From Betaproteobacteria bacterium (GTDB taxonomy: Bacteria; Pseudomonadota; Gammaproteobacteria; Burkholderiales; SG8-41): a DNA stretch of 64,000 bases. Made by a program: the position numbers and the translations under genes. Below, piece by piece: positions 8,851 to 17,761 of this stretch (position 1 is its first letter; each line of letters opens with the position of its first letter). The notes beneath the pieces were generated by a model. The model made no database searches, was not told the DNA's origin, and was given only the letters and a program-made list of their open reading frames with translations. Where the stretch lies: positions 4,405 through 68,404 of the forward strand of contig CANKUB010000002.1 of NCBI GenBank assembly GCA_947486575.1, given 5' to 3'.

Positions 8851-11800
8851 CTAAGGTTTACGTGACTTAGAGGCTGTAGTTTGCCATTCGCCGTCGAGTC
8901 GTAACTTCAGCGGGGTAGTGGGGCCAAGGTCGATGGCTGGCTTACCTGCTGGCGACGTAAGCGCCGTGCCTGCAACACCTGCAACAGGCACCGGCGCTTT
9001 GGATGCGGCAAAGTAGGCGCCACCACCGACAGCGGCCACCAAGGCAGCAGCGGCCAATACTCGCTTGGACAGCGCGCGCCGCCTGTCACCCGCCAAAAGG
9101 TCGCGTGGTTTTCCGAGCAGTGCCTTTTCAGCCTTTTCGCGGCTTGCCGTTGCTTTTGCCAAAGTTTGCTGGGCACGGATGCGAGCCTGTTCTTCCGTGT
9201 AAGCGCGGTCTTTCGCCTCTTTCGCCTGACGCGCGACTTCTTCCGCAGCAGCTTCTTCCTTGCTGCGCTCTTCAGCGGCCATGCGCGCCTGCTCATCCGC
9301 CGCTTCCCGTTCTACAGCCAGGTGTGAGGCGCTGGATTCAGCTTGAAAGCGCTGCTCTGCTGCCAGTTTTGCGGCTTCTTCTTCGATCTGCCTTTGTCTG
9401 GCAGCATCGATGGCAGCGGTTTCCGCATCCGCACGCGCCTGAGCTTGTGAGCGCAACGCTTCTTCTGCATTTTTTGTTGCGAGTGCGGCAGCCGCAAGCG
9501 CGTGCTCGGCCTCGGCACGTGTGGTGGCGGCTTGCGTGGCTTCTGCTTCAGCGGCTACCAGCGCGCTGGATTTTGCGGCAGTTTCCTGCTCGGCGGCTAT
9601 GCGCGCGGCGGTGGCGCGCTGTGCCGCAACCTCAACTTCTGCAAGCGCCAGAGACTGTTCGGCGGCAGTAATTTCGGCGGCTGCACGCTGTGCTACGGCG
9701 TCCTGCGCCGCTTGTTCGCTTGCTTCGCGATGGCGCAACGCTTCAATCGCTGTTGCTTCAGCATTAACGCGAGTCTGTATTGCTGCGTGCAGCGTTTCTT
9801 CGGCGTTTTTCGCTTTGAGCGCAGCGGCTGCAAGCGCGTGATCGGCCGCCGCTCGGGCTGTGGCAGCTTGCGTCGCTTCTGCTTCGGCGGCAATCAGCGA
9901 GCTCGAACTTGCGGCAGTGTTCTGCTCGGCGGCTATGCGCGCAGTGGTGGCTTGTTGCACAGCGGCTTCCGCTTCTGCAAGCGCTCTAGACTGTTCAGCG
10001 GCCATAATTTCGGCGGCTGCACGCTGTGCAGCGGCGTCCAGCGCCGCCCGTTCCCTGGCCTCGCGTTGGCGCAACGCTTCAATCGCTGTTGCTTCTGCAT
10101 TGACGCGAATTTGTATTGCCGTGTGCAGCGTTTCTTCGGCGTTTTTCGTTTCGAGTGCAGCGGCTGCAAGCGCGTGATCGGCGTCCGCTCGGGCTGTGGC
10201 AGCTTGCGTGGCTGCTGCTTCAGCATCTATCAGCAATGTGGATTTTGCGGCGGTTTCCTGCTCAGCGGCTATGCGTGCTGCTGTGGCATGTTGTGCCGCG
10301 GCCTCTGCATCGGCACGCGCCCTGGCTTGGTCGGTGGCGGCACGTTCGGCTACCGCGCGTTGCTCCGCAACGTGCTGCGCGGCGCGTTCGCCGGCCTCGC
10401 GCTGGTGGGCGGCTTCAAGCGCCTGGGCTTCCACGGCTGAGCGTTCCTGCGCTTGCAGGAGCAAGGCTTCTTCTTCGGCTTTGTGTTCAGCTGCCAGGCG
10501 TTCAAGTTCCTGTTCAGCTGCCAGCTTTTGCTGTGCGGTATGTTGTAACTCTGCTTCGGCTTTGGCCTGCGTTTTTGTCGCGCGTTTCGCTGCCGCGTTT
10601 TCTGAGATGATTTTCTGCGTGGAGTCGAGCGCCAACAGGTTGGATTGCGTGGCGCTCTTGGCTTCTTCAACCAAACGCCGTGTTTGCGCAATGATCGCTT
10701 CCACCTTGGCGCGTGCGCTCATGCTTTGATGCGCTTCGGCTTCGGCTGCTTCGCGCTGCTGTAGCAGTTGCAGCGCTTCGTTCTCGTTGTGCGCGCGCGT
10801 TTCGGCGGCACGCGCGGCTTCGGCCTCTGCAGCGGCACGGGCTTGCGCCTGCTCGGTGGCGGCACGTTCGGCTTCCACGCGCCGCGCAGCCTGAAGCTCA
10901 GCCTCTTGTTCCACGTGGGCGCGCGCCTGAGCCAGTTCCGTGGCATCACGCTCAGCCTCGGCCCGCTCCTTGGCATGGCGTTCGGCTTCCTGTTCGCTTT
11001 GCTGTCGTGCTTCGGCGGACTGAATGGCAGCTTGTTCGAGATGTTCGCGTTCTTTCGCCGCCGTCAGCAGACTGGCTTCGGCATCGGCGCGTTTTTGCGC
11101 TTCTATGCGTAGCGCGTCTTCGGCTTGCTGGCGCTCAGCCGCCGCTATGGCAGCGGCACGTTCGGCCTCTGCCCGTTGTTGAATGGTGCGGGCGGTTTCG
11201 GCTTCTGCCTGGGCTTGTTGTTGTACCAGTGCCTGCGCCTCGGCTTCTTTGTCGGTGAGTTGTGTTGCCTCTTGCAACGCGAGCAAATTGGTTTGTGTGC
11301 GGCTGTTGGCGCGTTCGATTTGCGCCAGGGCATGGGCAATGATGGCCTCGGCCTTGTTGCGCGCTTCTACGTGTTCTGTGGTTTGCTTTTCAGCGGCCTG
11401 ACGCGCTGTGGATAGGCGGGCTGCTTCGATTTCGGCGGTAGCGCGTTCTTCGGCGGCTTTTCTTGCGGCAGCCTCGGCAGTTGCGCGTGCCTGGGCCTGG
11501 TCAAGCAAGGCTTGTTCGGCTTCAGCGCGTTTGTGCGCCAGCCGTGCGGCTTCTTGTTCGGCAGTAGTACGGGCTTCGGCCGTCCGCTTGAAGGCTTCTT
11601 CGGCCAGTTGTTTTTCGCTTGCTGAACGCACAGCCTCAAGCTCGGCTTGATTCCGTTGACGCGCGATACGCAAGGCGCGTTCTTCGTCGGCGGTGGCTTT
11701 TTGCAGCTTTGCCACGCCTTCGGGGTCGCGGTTTGCTGCTGGATTGACTGGCGCTAATGAACGCTTGTCGGGCGCACTTGGCGAAGCAAAATCCAGGTCA

Positions 11801-12849
11801 ACGAGATCCCCCAGCTGATCGGCGTAGGTGTCGCGTATCGAACGCATCTCGGGCAGCACTTGCTTGAGGGCTGTAACGATTTGCGGGTCGAATTGCGTGC
11901 CCGACGCACGCTCAATCAGCGAGACAGCGCCATCGATGGGCAGTGGTTCCTGGTGAAAGCGAGTGACGGTCAACGCCTCGAAGGTATCCACCAAAGCCAT
12001 CACGCGGCCCGGCCACGGAATATCTTCGCCTTTGAGTCCCTTGGGATAGCCGTTGCCATCCCAGCGCTCGTGGTGGGTGAGCGCGAGCGTGCGCGCCAGC
12101 GCCAGCAGCGGGTCGTCGTGTACGCCGATGATTTCAGCGCCGATTTCCGCATGTTTTTTCATCTGCTCCCACTCGGGGGCGGAAAGGCCGCTGCTTTTGT
12201 GGAGTACCTGCGCAGGCACGCCGAGCTTGCCGATGTCGTGCAGCGGCGCAGCCTTCATCATCAAATCGGACAGCGTTGGCTGGGCACCGGCGGCGTCGGC
12301 GAGCAGGCGCGCATAGTGGCCTAGACGAACCACGCGGTTGCCGACGGCTGTGCTTTCGTGGTACTCCATGGTGCGCGCCAGACGGCGCACTAGTTGCACG
12401 CGGGCGGTTTCGAGCTCGGCGGTACGCTCGCGCACGAGGGATTCCTGCTCACGGCGGCGGTACGATAGCTCAAGGTGGTTGCGTACGCGTGCGCGCAGCA
12501 CCTCGGCGTTAAGGGGTTTGATGATGTAATCGGCGGCGCCCAGCTGGAAGCCTTTGACGATATCGGCGGGCTCATCTTTGGAGGTCAGAAAGATGACCGG
12601 TATTTCAGCGGTGGCAGCGGTAATCTTCAATGCCCTGCAGACGTCATGCCCGCTGGCACCGGGCATTTCCACATCAAGCAGGACCAGATCGGGAACGGGT
12701 TTTTCGAGTGCGCGCTTTAACGCCGAGCGACCATCTGAAGCGGGGCGGATAGTGTAGGTATCCTGCAGCACTGACGTGACCAGATCACGGATGTCTTCCG
12801 TATCGTCGACGACGAGAATGGTGAGTTTTGCGGGTGACTCATTCGCCAT
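8851..12849 (-). CDS. Receiver + HD-GYP domain protein fused to a very long Ala/Glu/Gln/Arg-rich helical stalk and a C-terminal transmembrane anchor
   Basis: REC motifs ILVVDD, DLVLLDVEMP, FLTS, YIIKP; HD-GYP motifs LHDIGK and HHERWDGNGYPKGLKGEDIP; about 860 low-complexity helical residues; RRRALSKR followed by VLAAAALVAAVGGGAYFAA. Confidence 0.85.
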   Translation of the reverse strand: MANESPAKLTILVVDDTEDIRDLVTSVLQDTYTIRPASDGRSALKRALEKPVPDLVLLDVEMPGASGHDVCRALKITAATAEIPVIFLTSKDEPADIVKGFQLGAADYIIKPLNAEVLRARVRNHLELSYRRREQESLVRERTAELETARVQLVRRLARTMEYHESTAVGNRVVRLGHYARLLADAAGAQPTLSDLMMKAAPLHDIGKLGVPAQVLHKSSGLSAPEWEQMKKHAEIGAEIIGVHDDPLLALARTLALTHHERWDGNGYPKGLKGEDIPWPGRVMALVDTFEALTVTRFHQEPLPIDGAVSLIERASGTQFDPQIVTALKQVLPEMRSIRDTYADQLGDLVDLDFASPSAPDKRSLAPVNPAANRDPEGVAKLQKATADEERALRIARQRNQAELEAVRSASEKQLAEEAFKRTAEARTTAEQEAARLAHKRAEAEQALLDQAQARATAEAAARKAAEERATAEIEAARLSTARQAAEKQTTEHVEARNKAEAIIAHALAQIERANSRTQTNLLALQEATQLTDKEAEAQALVQQQAQAEAETARTIQQRAEAERAAAIAAAERQQAEDALRIEAQKRADAEASLLTAAKEREHLEQAAIQSAEARQQSEQEAERHAKERAEAERDATELAQARAHVEQEAELQAARRVEAERAATEQAQARAAAEAEAARAAETRAHNENEALQLLQQREAAEAEAHQSMSARAKVEAIIAQTRRLVEEAKSATQSNLLALDSTQKIISENAAAKRATKTQAKAEAELQHTAQQKLAAEQELERLAAEHKAEEEALLLQAQERSAVEAQALEAAHQREAGERAAQHVAEQRAVAERAATDQARARADAEAAAQHATAARIAAEQETAAKSTLLIDAEAAATQAATARADADHALAAAALETKNAEETLHTAIQIRVNAEATAIEALRQREARERAALDAAAQRAAAEIMAAEQSRALAEAEAAVQQATTARIAAEQNTAASSSSLIAAEAEATQAATARAAADHALAAAALKAKNAEETLHAAIQTRVNAEATAIEALRHREASEQAAQDAVAQRAAAEITAAEQSLALAEVEVAAQRATAARIAAEQETAAKSSALVAAEAEATQAATTRAEAEHALAAAALATKNAEEALRSQAQARADAETAAIDAARQRQIEEEAAKLAAEQRFQAESSASHLAVEREAADEQARMAAEERSKEEAAAEEVARQAKEAKDRAYTEEQARIRAQQTLAKATASREKAEKALLGKPRDLLAGDRRRALSKRVLAAAALVAAVGGGAYFAASKAPVPVAGVAGTALTSPAGKPAIDLGPTTPLKLRLDGEWQTTASKSRKP
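9400..10310. repeat. Intragenic tandem repeat, 336-bp (112-aa) unit, about 2.7 copies; boundaries approximate
   Basis: GCAAGCGCGTG(A/C)TCGGC recurs at 9494, 9830 and 10166, exactly 336 bp apart; the peptide AT(A/T)ARIAAEQ...HALAAAAL..KNAEE occurs three times. Confidence 0.85.
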
Positions 12850-12898
12850 GGCGTTTTTTCATCAATAAACCAATATTTTCAAACGCAACCCGGCTGGA

Positions 12899-13450
12899 TC
12901 AACGTACGGCGGCGGCAATTTTTTGTTCAATTTGCGTGCGCCACTGTTCACGCGTGGTGAATCCGGGGGTATCGCGACAATGTTTTTCGATACTGGACCA
13001 TAGTTGATCGTCGGGCTGATCGAGATCAACCGCCAGGCGATGCGGTTGCGGCACGTACCAGGGCGTATCGATCAGCAATTCCACGCGATTTTTTTCCGGA
13101 TCAAGAAAATATACCGACAGTGCATTGCCATGCGTAATCGGGCCAAGCATGGTGATCGCTTCGTGTTTCAAACCGTGAAACATTTCACGCAACGTGGTTA
13201 GACTATCCACGCGAAATGAAATTTGATTGATCACGTTGAAACCAAGTTCGGCTGGCTTGCCCGTGGCGAACACCAGTTGATGATGTTCTCGCGGATCACG
13301 CGTCATGAATACAATCGAGCCGCCGTCATCGCGGTCGCCACGATCAGACACGACAAACTTGAGAAAGCGTGTGTAAAAATCCACCATTTTGGCAATATCG
13401 GTGACGAAGTACCCGACGTGGCTGAGCGCCAGCGAAAATCCTTGTGCCAT
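12899..13450 (-). CDS. VOC (glyoxalase/extradiol dioxygenase) family protein
   Basis: LSHVGYFVTDI..MVDFY, EHHQLV, INQISF, HGNALSVYFLDPEKNRVEL. Confidence 0.85.
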   Translation of the reverse strand: MAQGFSLALSHVGYFVTDIAKMVDFYTRFLKFVVSDRGDRDDGGSIVFMTRDPREHHQLVFATGKPAELGFNVINQISFRVDSLTTLREMFHGLKHEAITMLGPITHGNALSVYFLDPEKNRVELLIDTPWYVPQPHRLAVDLDQPDDQLWSSIEKHCRDTPGFTTREQWRTQIEQKIAAAVR

Positions 13451-13528
13451 GGTTACTTGCCCAGGAAATGTAGATGAGAGAATGTATCATACCAACTACC
13501 GCTCAGGTCGCGCGATCTCATTGAAAAT

Positions 13529-14581
13529 ATGCGAGTTATTCTACATTTTGCCAGGTGCTGTAACGCGCACGCGGTCGCGCGTTTATGCACCCGGTTGGCG
13601 GGTCAGGCGCTGCTGGTGGCGGGGATAGGCGTGTGTCCGACAGCGGGCTTTGCTCAGCCGCAGGCGCAATCTGTAACAGAAGGTTTACGTTCGCGTCCGA
13701 TACGTATCATTGTCGCGTCAGGTGCAGGTGGCGGCACTGACATTACGGGGCGGCATGTGGCAAAAACCATGGGCGAGCTGATGCGCCATACCGTGTTGGT
13801 GGAAAATCGCCCCGGCGCAGGGTCGGCTACCGGTACAGAGTTCGCGGCCAAGGCCACACCTGACGGACATACGCTGCTGGTGTCGAGTGGCAGTTCGATG
13901 GTGATGAACGGCATCTTGTACAAAAATCTGCCCTACAACGCGCAACGCGATTTTGTGGCAGTGGGTTTCATTGCCGCCTATCCATTTTTGTTGATTGCAC
14001 GCGCGGATTTGCCTGTGGATAGTCTGGCCGATCTGATGAAATACGCCAAAGAGCGTCCCGGCAAACTGACGTTTGGTTCTGCCGGCGTGGGTTCCGTGCA
14101 GCACGTGTGGGGCGCGCTGCTTTTTAGAAGCATGGGCCTGGACCTGCTGCATGTGCCGTACAAAGGCGCGGCAATGGCGGCGCAGGAGATTATCGGTGGC
14201 CGTATCGATTTGATGTTTGACAACCTGTCAGCCGCACGTATTCCGGCGGGCGCAGGACGCGTGAAAGCGCTGGCGGTATCGTCCACGCGGCGTGCGAGTC
14301 AAATGCCCGCAGTAGCGACGGTGAACGAGAGTGGCGTTGCCCGTTTTGACGGCGAAAGCTGGATGGGCATGTTCGCACCGGCTGCGACGCCCGTTGCGAC
14401 CGTGAACGCGTTGCGCAAAATTATTGCAGATGTGGTGCGCGATGCGCAGTTTGCCGCACGTATTGAAGCCGCCGGTGGACGCACGATGAACATACCGCCG
14501 CAACAGCAACAAGCGTTTCTGCGCAACGAAATCGAACGCTGGGGCGCGTTAATCAGGCAATATGGCGTTTCAGCGGAATGA
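13529..14581 (+). CDS. Bug/TctC family tripartite tricarboxylate transporter substrate-binding protein (true start may be downstream)
   Basis: RPIRIIV..GAGGGTD, VENRPGAG, PDGHTLL, FGSAGVGS..H, HVPYKG. Confidence 0.88.
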   Translation: MRVILHFARCCNAHAVARLCTRLAGQALLVAGIGVCPTAGFAQPQAQSVTEGLRSRPIRIIVASGAGGGTDITGRHVAKTMGELMRHTVLVENRPGAGSATGTEFAAKATPDGHTLLVSSGSSMVMNGILYKNLPYNAQRDFVAVGFIAAYPFLLIARADLPVDSLADLMKYAKERPGKLTFGSAGVGSVQHVWGALLFRSMGLDLLHVPYKGAAMAAQEIIGGRIDLMFDNLSAARIPAGAGRVKALAVSSTRRASQMPAVATVNESGVARFDGESWMGMFAPAATPVATVNALRKIIADVVRDAQFAARIEAAGGRTMNIPPQQQQAFLRNEIERWGALIRQYGVSAE

Positions 14582-14656
14582 TGTTGCTCGCTGAAGGCGT
14601 ACGCGGTTAATTCGTAACTATTTGTTTTAAATGACAATTTTCAATATGCAACCTAT

Positions 14657-15718
14657 GTGATAAGCCCCATGATCGATCTTGCAGAAATTTTGCGACGTGT
14701 GCCTTTGTTCGCCGGACTGGATGCCGACGACTTGCGCTATGTGTTGAGTGTCGCGCGGCAGATCAGCTATGCGCCGGGCGTGTTGCTGGTGCGTCAGGGG
14801 CAACCTGCCGATAGCGCGCTAATCATGGAGCGTGGCCATGCGCAAGTGGTCAATGCTTTGCCCGGCGGTGGCGAAACGGTGGTGGCTGATGTCGGGCCCG
14901 GCAGTGTGCTGGGCGAGACCGCGCTGCTCGATAGCGGGGTGCGCATGGCCAATGTGGTGGCGCGCGCGCCGACCGCGTGTTTGAGCATGGAACGCGACGC
15001 TTTCCGCATGCTGATCGCGCAGGGGAATCAGGCGGTGCTGGCGATTAATCATCGCATTACGCTGACGTTGTGCCAACGGTTGCGCGAATTGAACGGCAAA
15101 ATACTGGCAGTGAGCGCACCGGAAAATCTGCCCCTGGCAGCAGTGCGCCATACGCACGAGCGGCGTGCCTGTGATTTTGACTATCGCGCTTTTCTCGGCG
15201 TGCTGCCCGCCTTGCATCATTTCAGCCCGGAAGATATTGATGAATTGCTGAGTGCCGCTCAGGTGTTTGACGTGCCGCGTGGCGCGCGCTTGTTTGAAGC
15301 GGGCACACCGAGTGAGGCGTGTTATGTGGTGGTGCGTGGTGCGCTAGAAATCAGCCGTGATCAAAACGGCGCGCACCGGCGTATCGGCATACTGGGGCCG
15401 GGGCGCCTGTGCGGTGTGCTCGGCTTGATCGAGGGGCAGCGGCATAGCATGTCCGCAACGGCGCGTGAGCATGCGACGCTGCTGGAGTTGCCGCGTGCTG
15501 CATTTATGCGGTACTACAAAAATGAGTACAGCGGCGGCGCGCGTGGCGCGCTCAAATTCCAGCGGGTGATTAATCAGGAATTATTACAATCGCTGTCGCG
15601 CACCAACAATCACTTGACGAGTTTGATCAGTCAGGCGCGCATCCGCAATCACGTGCAGCATGCGGATGACCTGCAACTTGCGCTGGTGGAGCAGGAGTGT
15701 CGCACCGGCGTGCGCTGA
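14657..15718 (+). CDS. Stand-alone protein with two cyclic-nucleotide-binding domains
   Basis: Domain 1: LRRVPLFAGL...LVRQGQPAD...GPGSVLGETALLDSGVRMANV. Domain 2: LFEAGTPSE.CYVVVRG...LGPGRLCG. No HTH or catalytic domain seen. Confidence 0.8.
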   Translation: MISPMIDLAEILRRVPLFAGLDADDLRYVLSVARQISYAPGVLLVRQGQPADSALIMERGHAQVVNALPGGGETVVADVGPGSVLGETALLDSGVRMANVVARAPTACLSMERDAFRMLIAQGNQAVLAINHRITLTLCQRLRELNGKILAVSAPENLPLAAVRHTHERRACDFDYRAFLGVLPALHHFSPEDIDELLSAAQVFDVPRGARLFEAGTPSEACYVVVRGALEISRDQNGAHRRIGILGPGRLCGVLGLIEGQRHSMSATAREHATLLELPRAAFMRYYKNEYSGGARGALKFQRVINQELLQSLSRTNNHLTSLISQARIRNHVQHADDLQLALVEQECRTGVR

Positions 15719-15725
15719 CCACCCG

Positions 15726-16616
15726 CTAATTTTTTTTGCGTCGCCGCCGCAGTTCCTGAATCACGACCGAATTATCCAGCTGACCTTCGCCATGGGCGAT
15801 GCAGCTTTCAACAAGCTGGACGTATTGCGTGGCCAGCGGTAGTTCCTGCCCTATGCGCGCGGCAACTTCGTGCATCAGCTTGAAGTCTTTCAGCGATTGC
15901 GTCAGCCACGCGTGCGGCGTGAAATCGCTCTCGACCATTTTCATGCCGCGCGTGTCCATGGCGCGCGAATAGACGGCAGAGCTTTTCATCACTTCGAGCA
16001 GTGGCGCCAGTTCCAGCCCCATCGATTCGGCGAAGGCGAGGCCTTCTGCCATGACGGCTCGGTTCAGTCCGCCGACGAGATTGATCGCAAGTTTGGCGCG
16101 TCCGCCGGAGCCGGCCGGGCCCAGGTAAAAGTGTTGCCTGCACAAGGCATTGAGCACCGATGCTGCGATGTCCATCGTGGCGCGATCACCGCCAACCAGT
16201 GCCACGCCGTTGCCTTTGGCGATCTGGTCACTGTTGCCGGAGAGCGGTGATTCGAGGAAGCGTATGCCGCGTTTTTCGACGCGTGCGGCGAGGGCTTCAA
16301 TGCGGTCAGGATCGCAGGTGCTGGTGCAGATAACAAGTTGATCGCTGCCTAGCGCGGCGCCGCCTTGTGCGACCGGCGATTCCAGCAAGGCTTCTACCTG
16401 ATCGGTATTGAACACCGCAAGCACAATAATCCTGCAACGTTCGCCGACCGCTTGCGCGGAGGTGCAGGCCACGCCGCCCATTTGCGCAAGATTGTCTCGA
16501 CGCTCAGCGGCGACGTCATATCCGGCCACTGAAAATCCGGCATGCAGCAAGCGTTTTGCGAGCGCAGTGCCGATCAATCCAAGGCCGATGACACCGGTTA
16601 TTTCCGCTGGGGCCAT
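15726..16616 (-). CDS. NAD(P)-dependent oxidoreductase, 3-hydroxyisobutyrate dehydrogenase family
   Basis: GVIGLGLIG Rossmann motif, ICTSTCDP, LESPLSG, catalytic AKLAINL, KDF. Confidence 0.85.
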   Translation of the reverse strand: MAPAEITGVIGLGLIGTALAKRLLHAGFSVAGYDVAAERRDNLAQMGGVACTSAQAVGERCRIIVLAVFNTDQVEALLESPVAQGGAALGSDQLVICTSTCDPDRIEALAARVEKRGIRFLESPLSGNSDQIAKGNGVALVGGDRATMDIAASVLNALCRQHFYLGPAGSGGRAKLAINLVGGLNRAVMAEGLAFAESMGLELAPLLEVMKSSAVYSRAMDTRGMKMVESDFTPHAWLTQSLKDFKLMHEVAARIGQELPLATQYVQLVESCIAHGEGQLDNSVVIQELRRRRKKN

Positions 16617-16644
16617 TTTCTGTAACTATTTGTTTTTATTAAGT

Positions 16645-17640
16645 TTATTGGGGCTCTATTTTTGCTGTCTTGATGATTTCAGCAAATCGTTTGAGATCGG
16701 CTTTGAACAGTTTGGCAAACTCCGCCGGTGTAGCTGCGGCAGGGTCATAGCCTGTGCTGGTGAAGGTTTCGCGCAATGAACCACTGGCGTCAAAGGCCTT
16801 GCGTACTTCGGCTTGATAACGATTGATGATGGTTGCAGGTGTTTTAGCTGGTGCAAACATGGCGTGCCAGCCCGTGTCGAAGGTGTAGTCAGGAAGGCCG
16901 CTTTCCATGATGGTGGGTAAATCCGGCAGCGACGAAATTCGCTTTGCTCCGGTAAATCCGATGCCGCGCAGTTTGCTTGATTTAATATGCGTTACTGCCA
17001 CCGTTGCACCGGGGAAGTTCAGGTGCACTTCGCCACCCAAAATGGCAGTCAGCACCGGTCCGCCCCCCTTGTAGGGCACATGCAGCAGTTCGATGCCCGC
17101 TTTCTGCGAGAGCAATTCACCGGCCAGATGCTGGCCGTTGCCGATGCCTGCCGAGCCGTAGCGCAAGCGCTGCTTTTTCGCGAGCGCGACCAGTTCCTTG
17201 ATATTACTGGCTGCCACCGATGGATGTGCCGCCAGTATGTAACCCAGGCCATTGGCGTAGTTGGTAATCGGGACGAAATCTTTTTCGCTGTCGTAGGGCA
17301 GCTTTTTATACATCGCCGGATTCACTGCAAACGCGATTGACGTGGCGAGCAGGGTGTAGCCATCCGGTGCGGCTTTGGCCACAATGTCGCAGCCCACGAT
17401 ACCGTTGGCGCCGCCGCGATTGTCAACCACCAGCGGTTGCCCCATCGATATTTCCATCTGCCGTGCGAGCTGGCGAATATAAGTGTCTACGTTGCCACCG
17501 GCGGGAAAGGGCACCACTACGCGAATGGGGCGCGTGGGGAAAGCCTGTCCTGAGCCGGGCGAAGGGTTTTGTGCATGCACACTGGCAATACAAAGGGCGC
17601 AAAGGGCGCCAACACTTTGCGCGATTAGATACGAACGCAT
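16645..17640 (-). CDS. Bug/TctC family substrate-binding protein
   Basis: Signal peptide ending VHA; FPTRPIRVVVPFPAGG, VVDNRGGANG, APDGYTLL, YGSAGIG..QHL, HVPYKGG. Confidence 0.92.
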   Translation of the reverse strand: MRSYLIAQSVGALCALCIASVHAQNPSPGSGQAFPTRPIRVVVPFPAGGNVDTYIRQLARQMEISMGQPLVVDNRGGANGIVGCDIVAKAAPDGYTLLATSIAFAVNPAMYKKLPYDSEKDFVPITNYANGLGYILAAHPSVAASNIKELVALAKKQRLRYGSAGIGNGQHLAGELLSQKAGIELLHVPYKGGGPVLTAILGGEVHLNFPGATVAVTHIKSSKLRGIGFTGAKRISSLPDLPTIMESGLPDYTFDTGWHAMFAPAKTPATIINRYQAEVRKAFDASGSLRETFTSTGYDPAAATPAEFAKLFKADLKRFAEIIKTAKIEPQ

Positions 17641-17761
17641 GATTTTTCTCCGAGGATGAGCTTGCTGCTGCGCGCCGACGTGAACTCAAAGTGGCGCATT
17701 TTTCGTGAGAAAATGATACCACGCACCAATGCGGCTTAAGTGAAATTTCCGGGAAAATTAC

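Noticed and set aside
9400-10310. Periodic sequence as a possible CRISPR array
   Set aside because: Units are 336-bp coding repeats without unique spacers, and no cas genes are present.
9003-11650. Many long plus-strand ORFs rich in Cys/Arg/Ala opposite the HD-GYP stalk
   Set aside because: Antisense shadows of a low-complexity GC-rich coding repeat; no plausible protein features.
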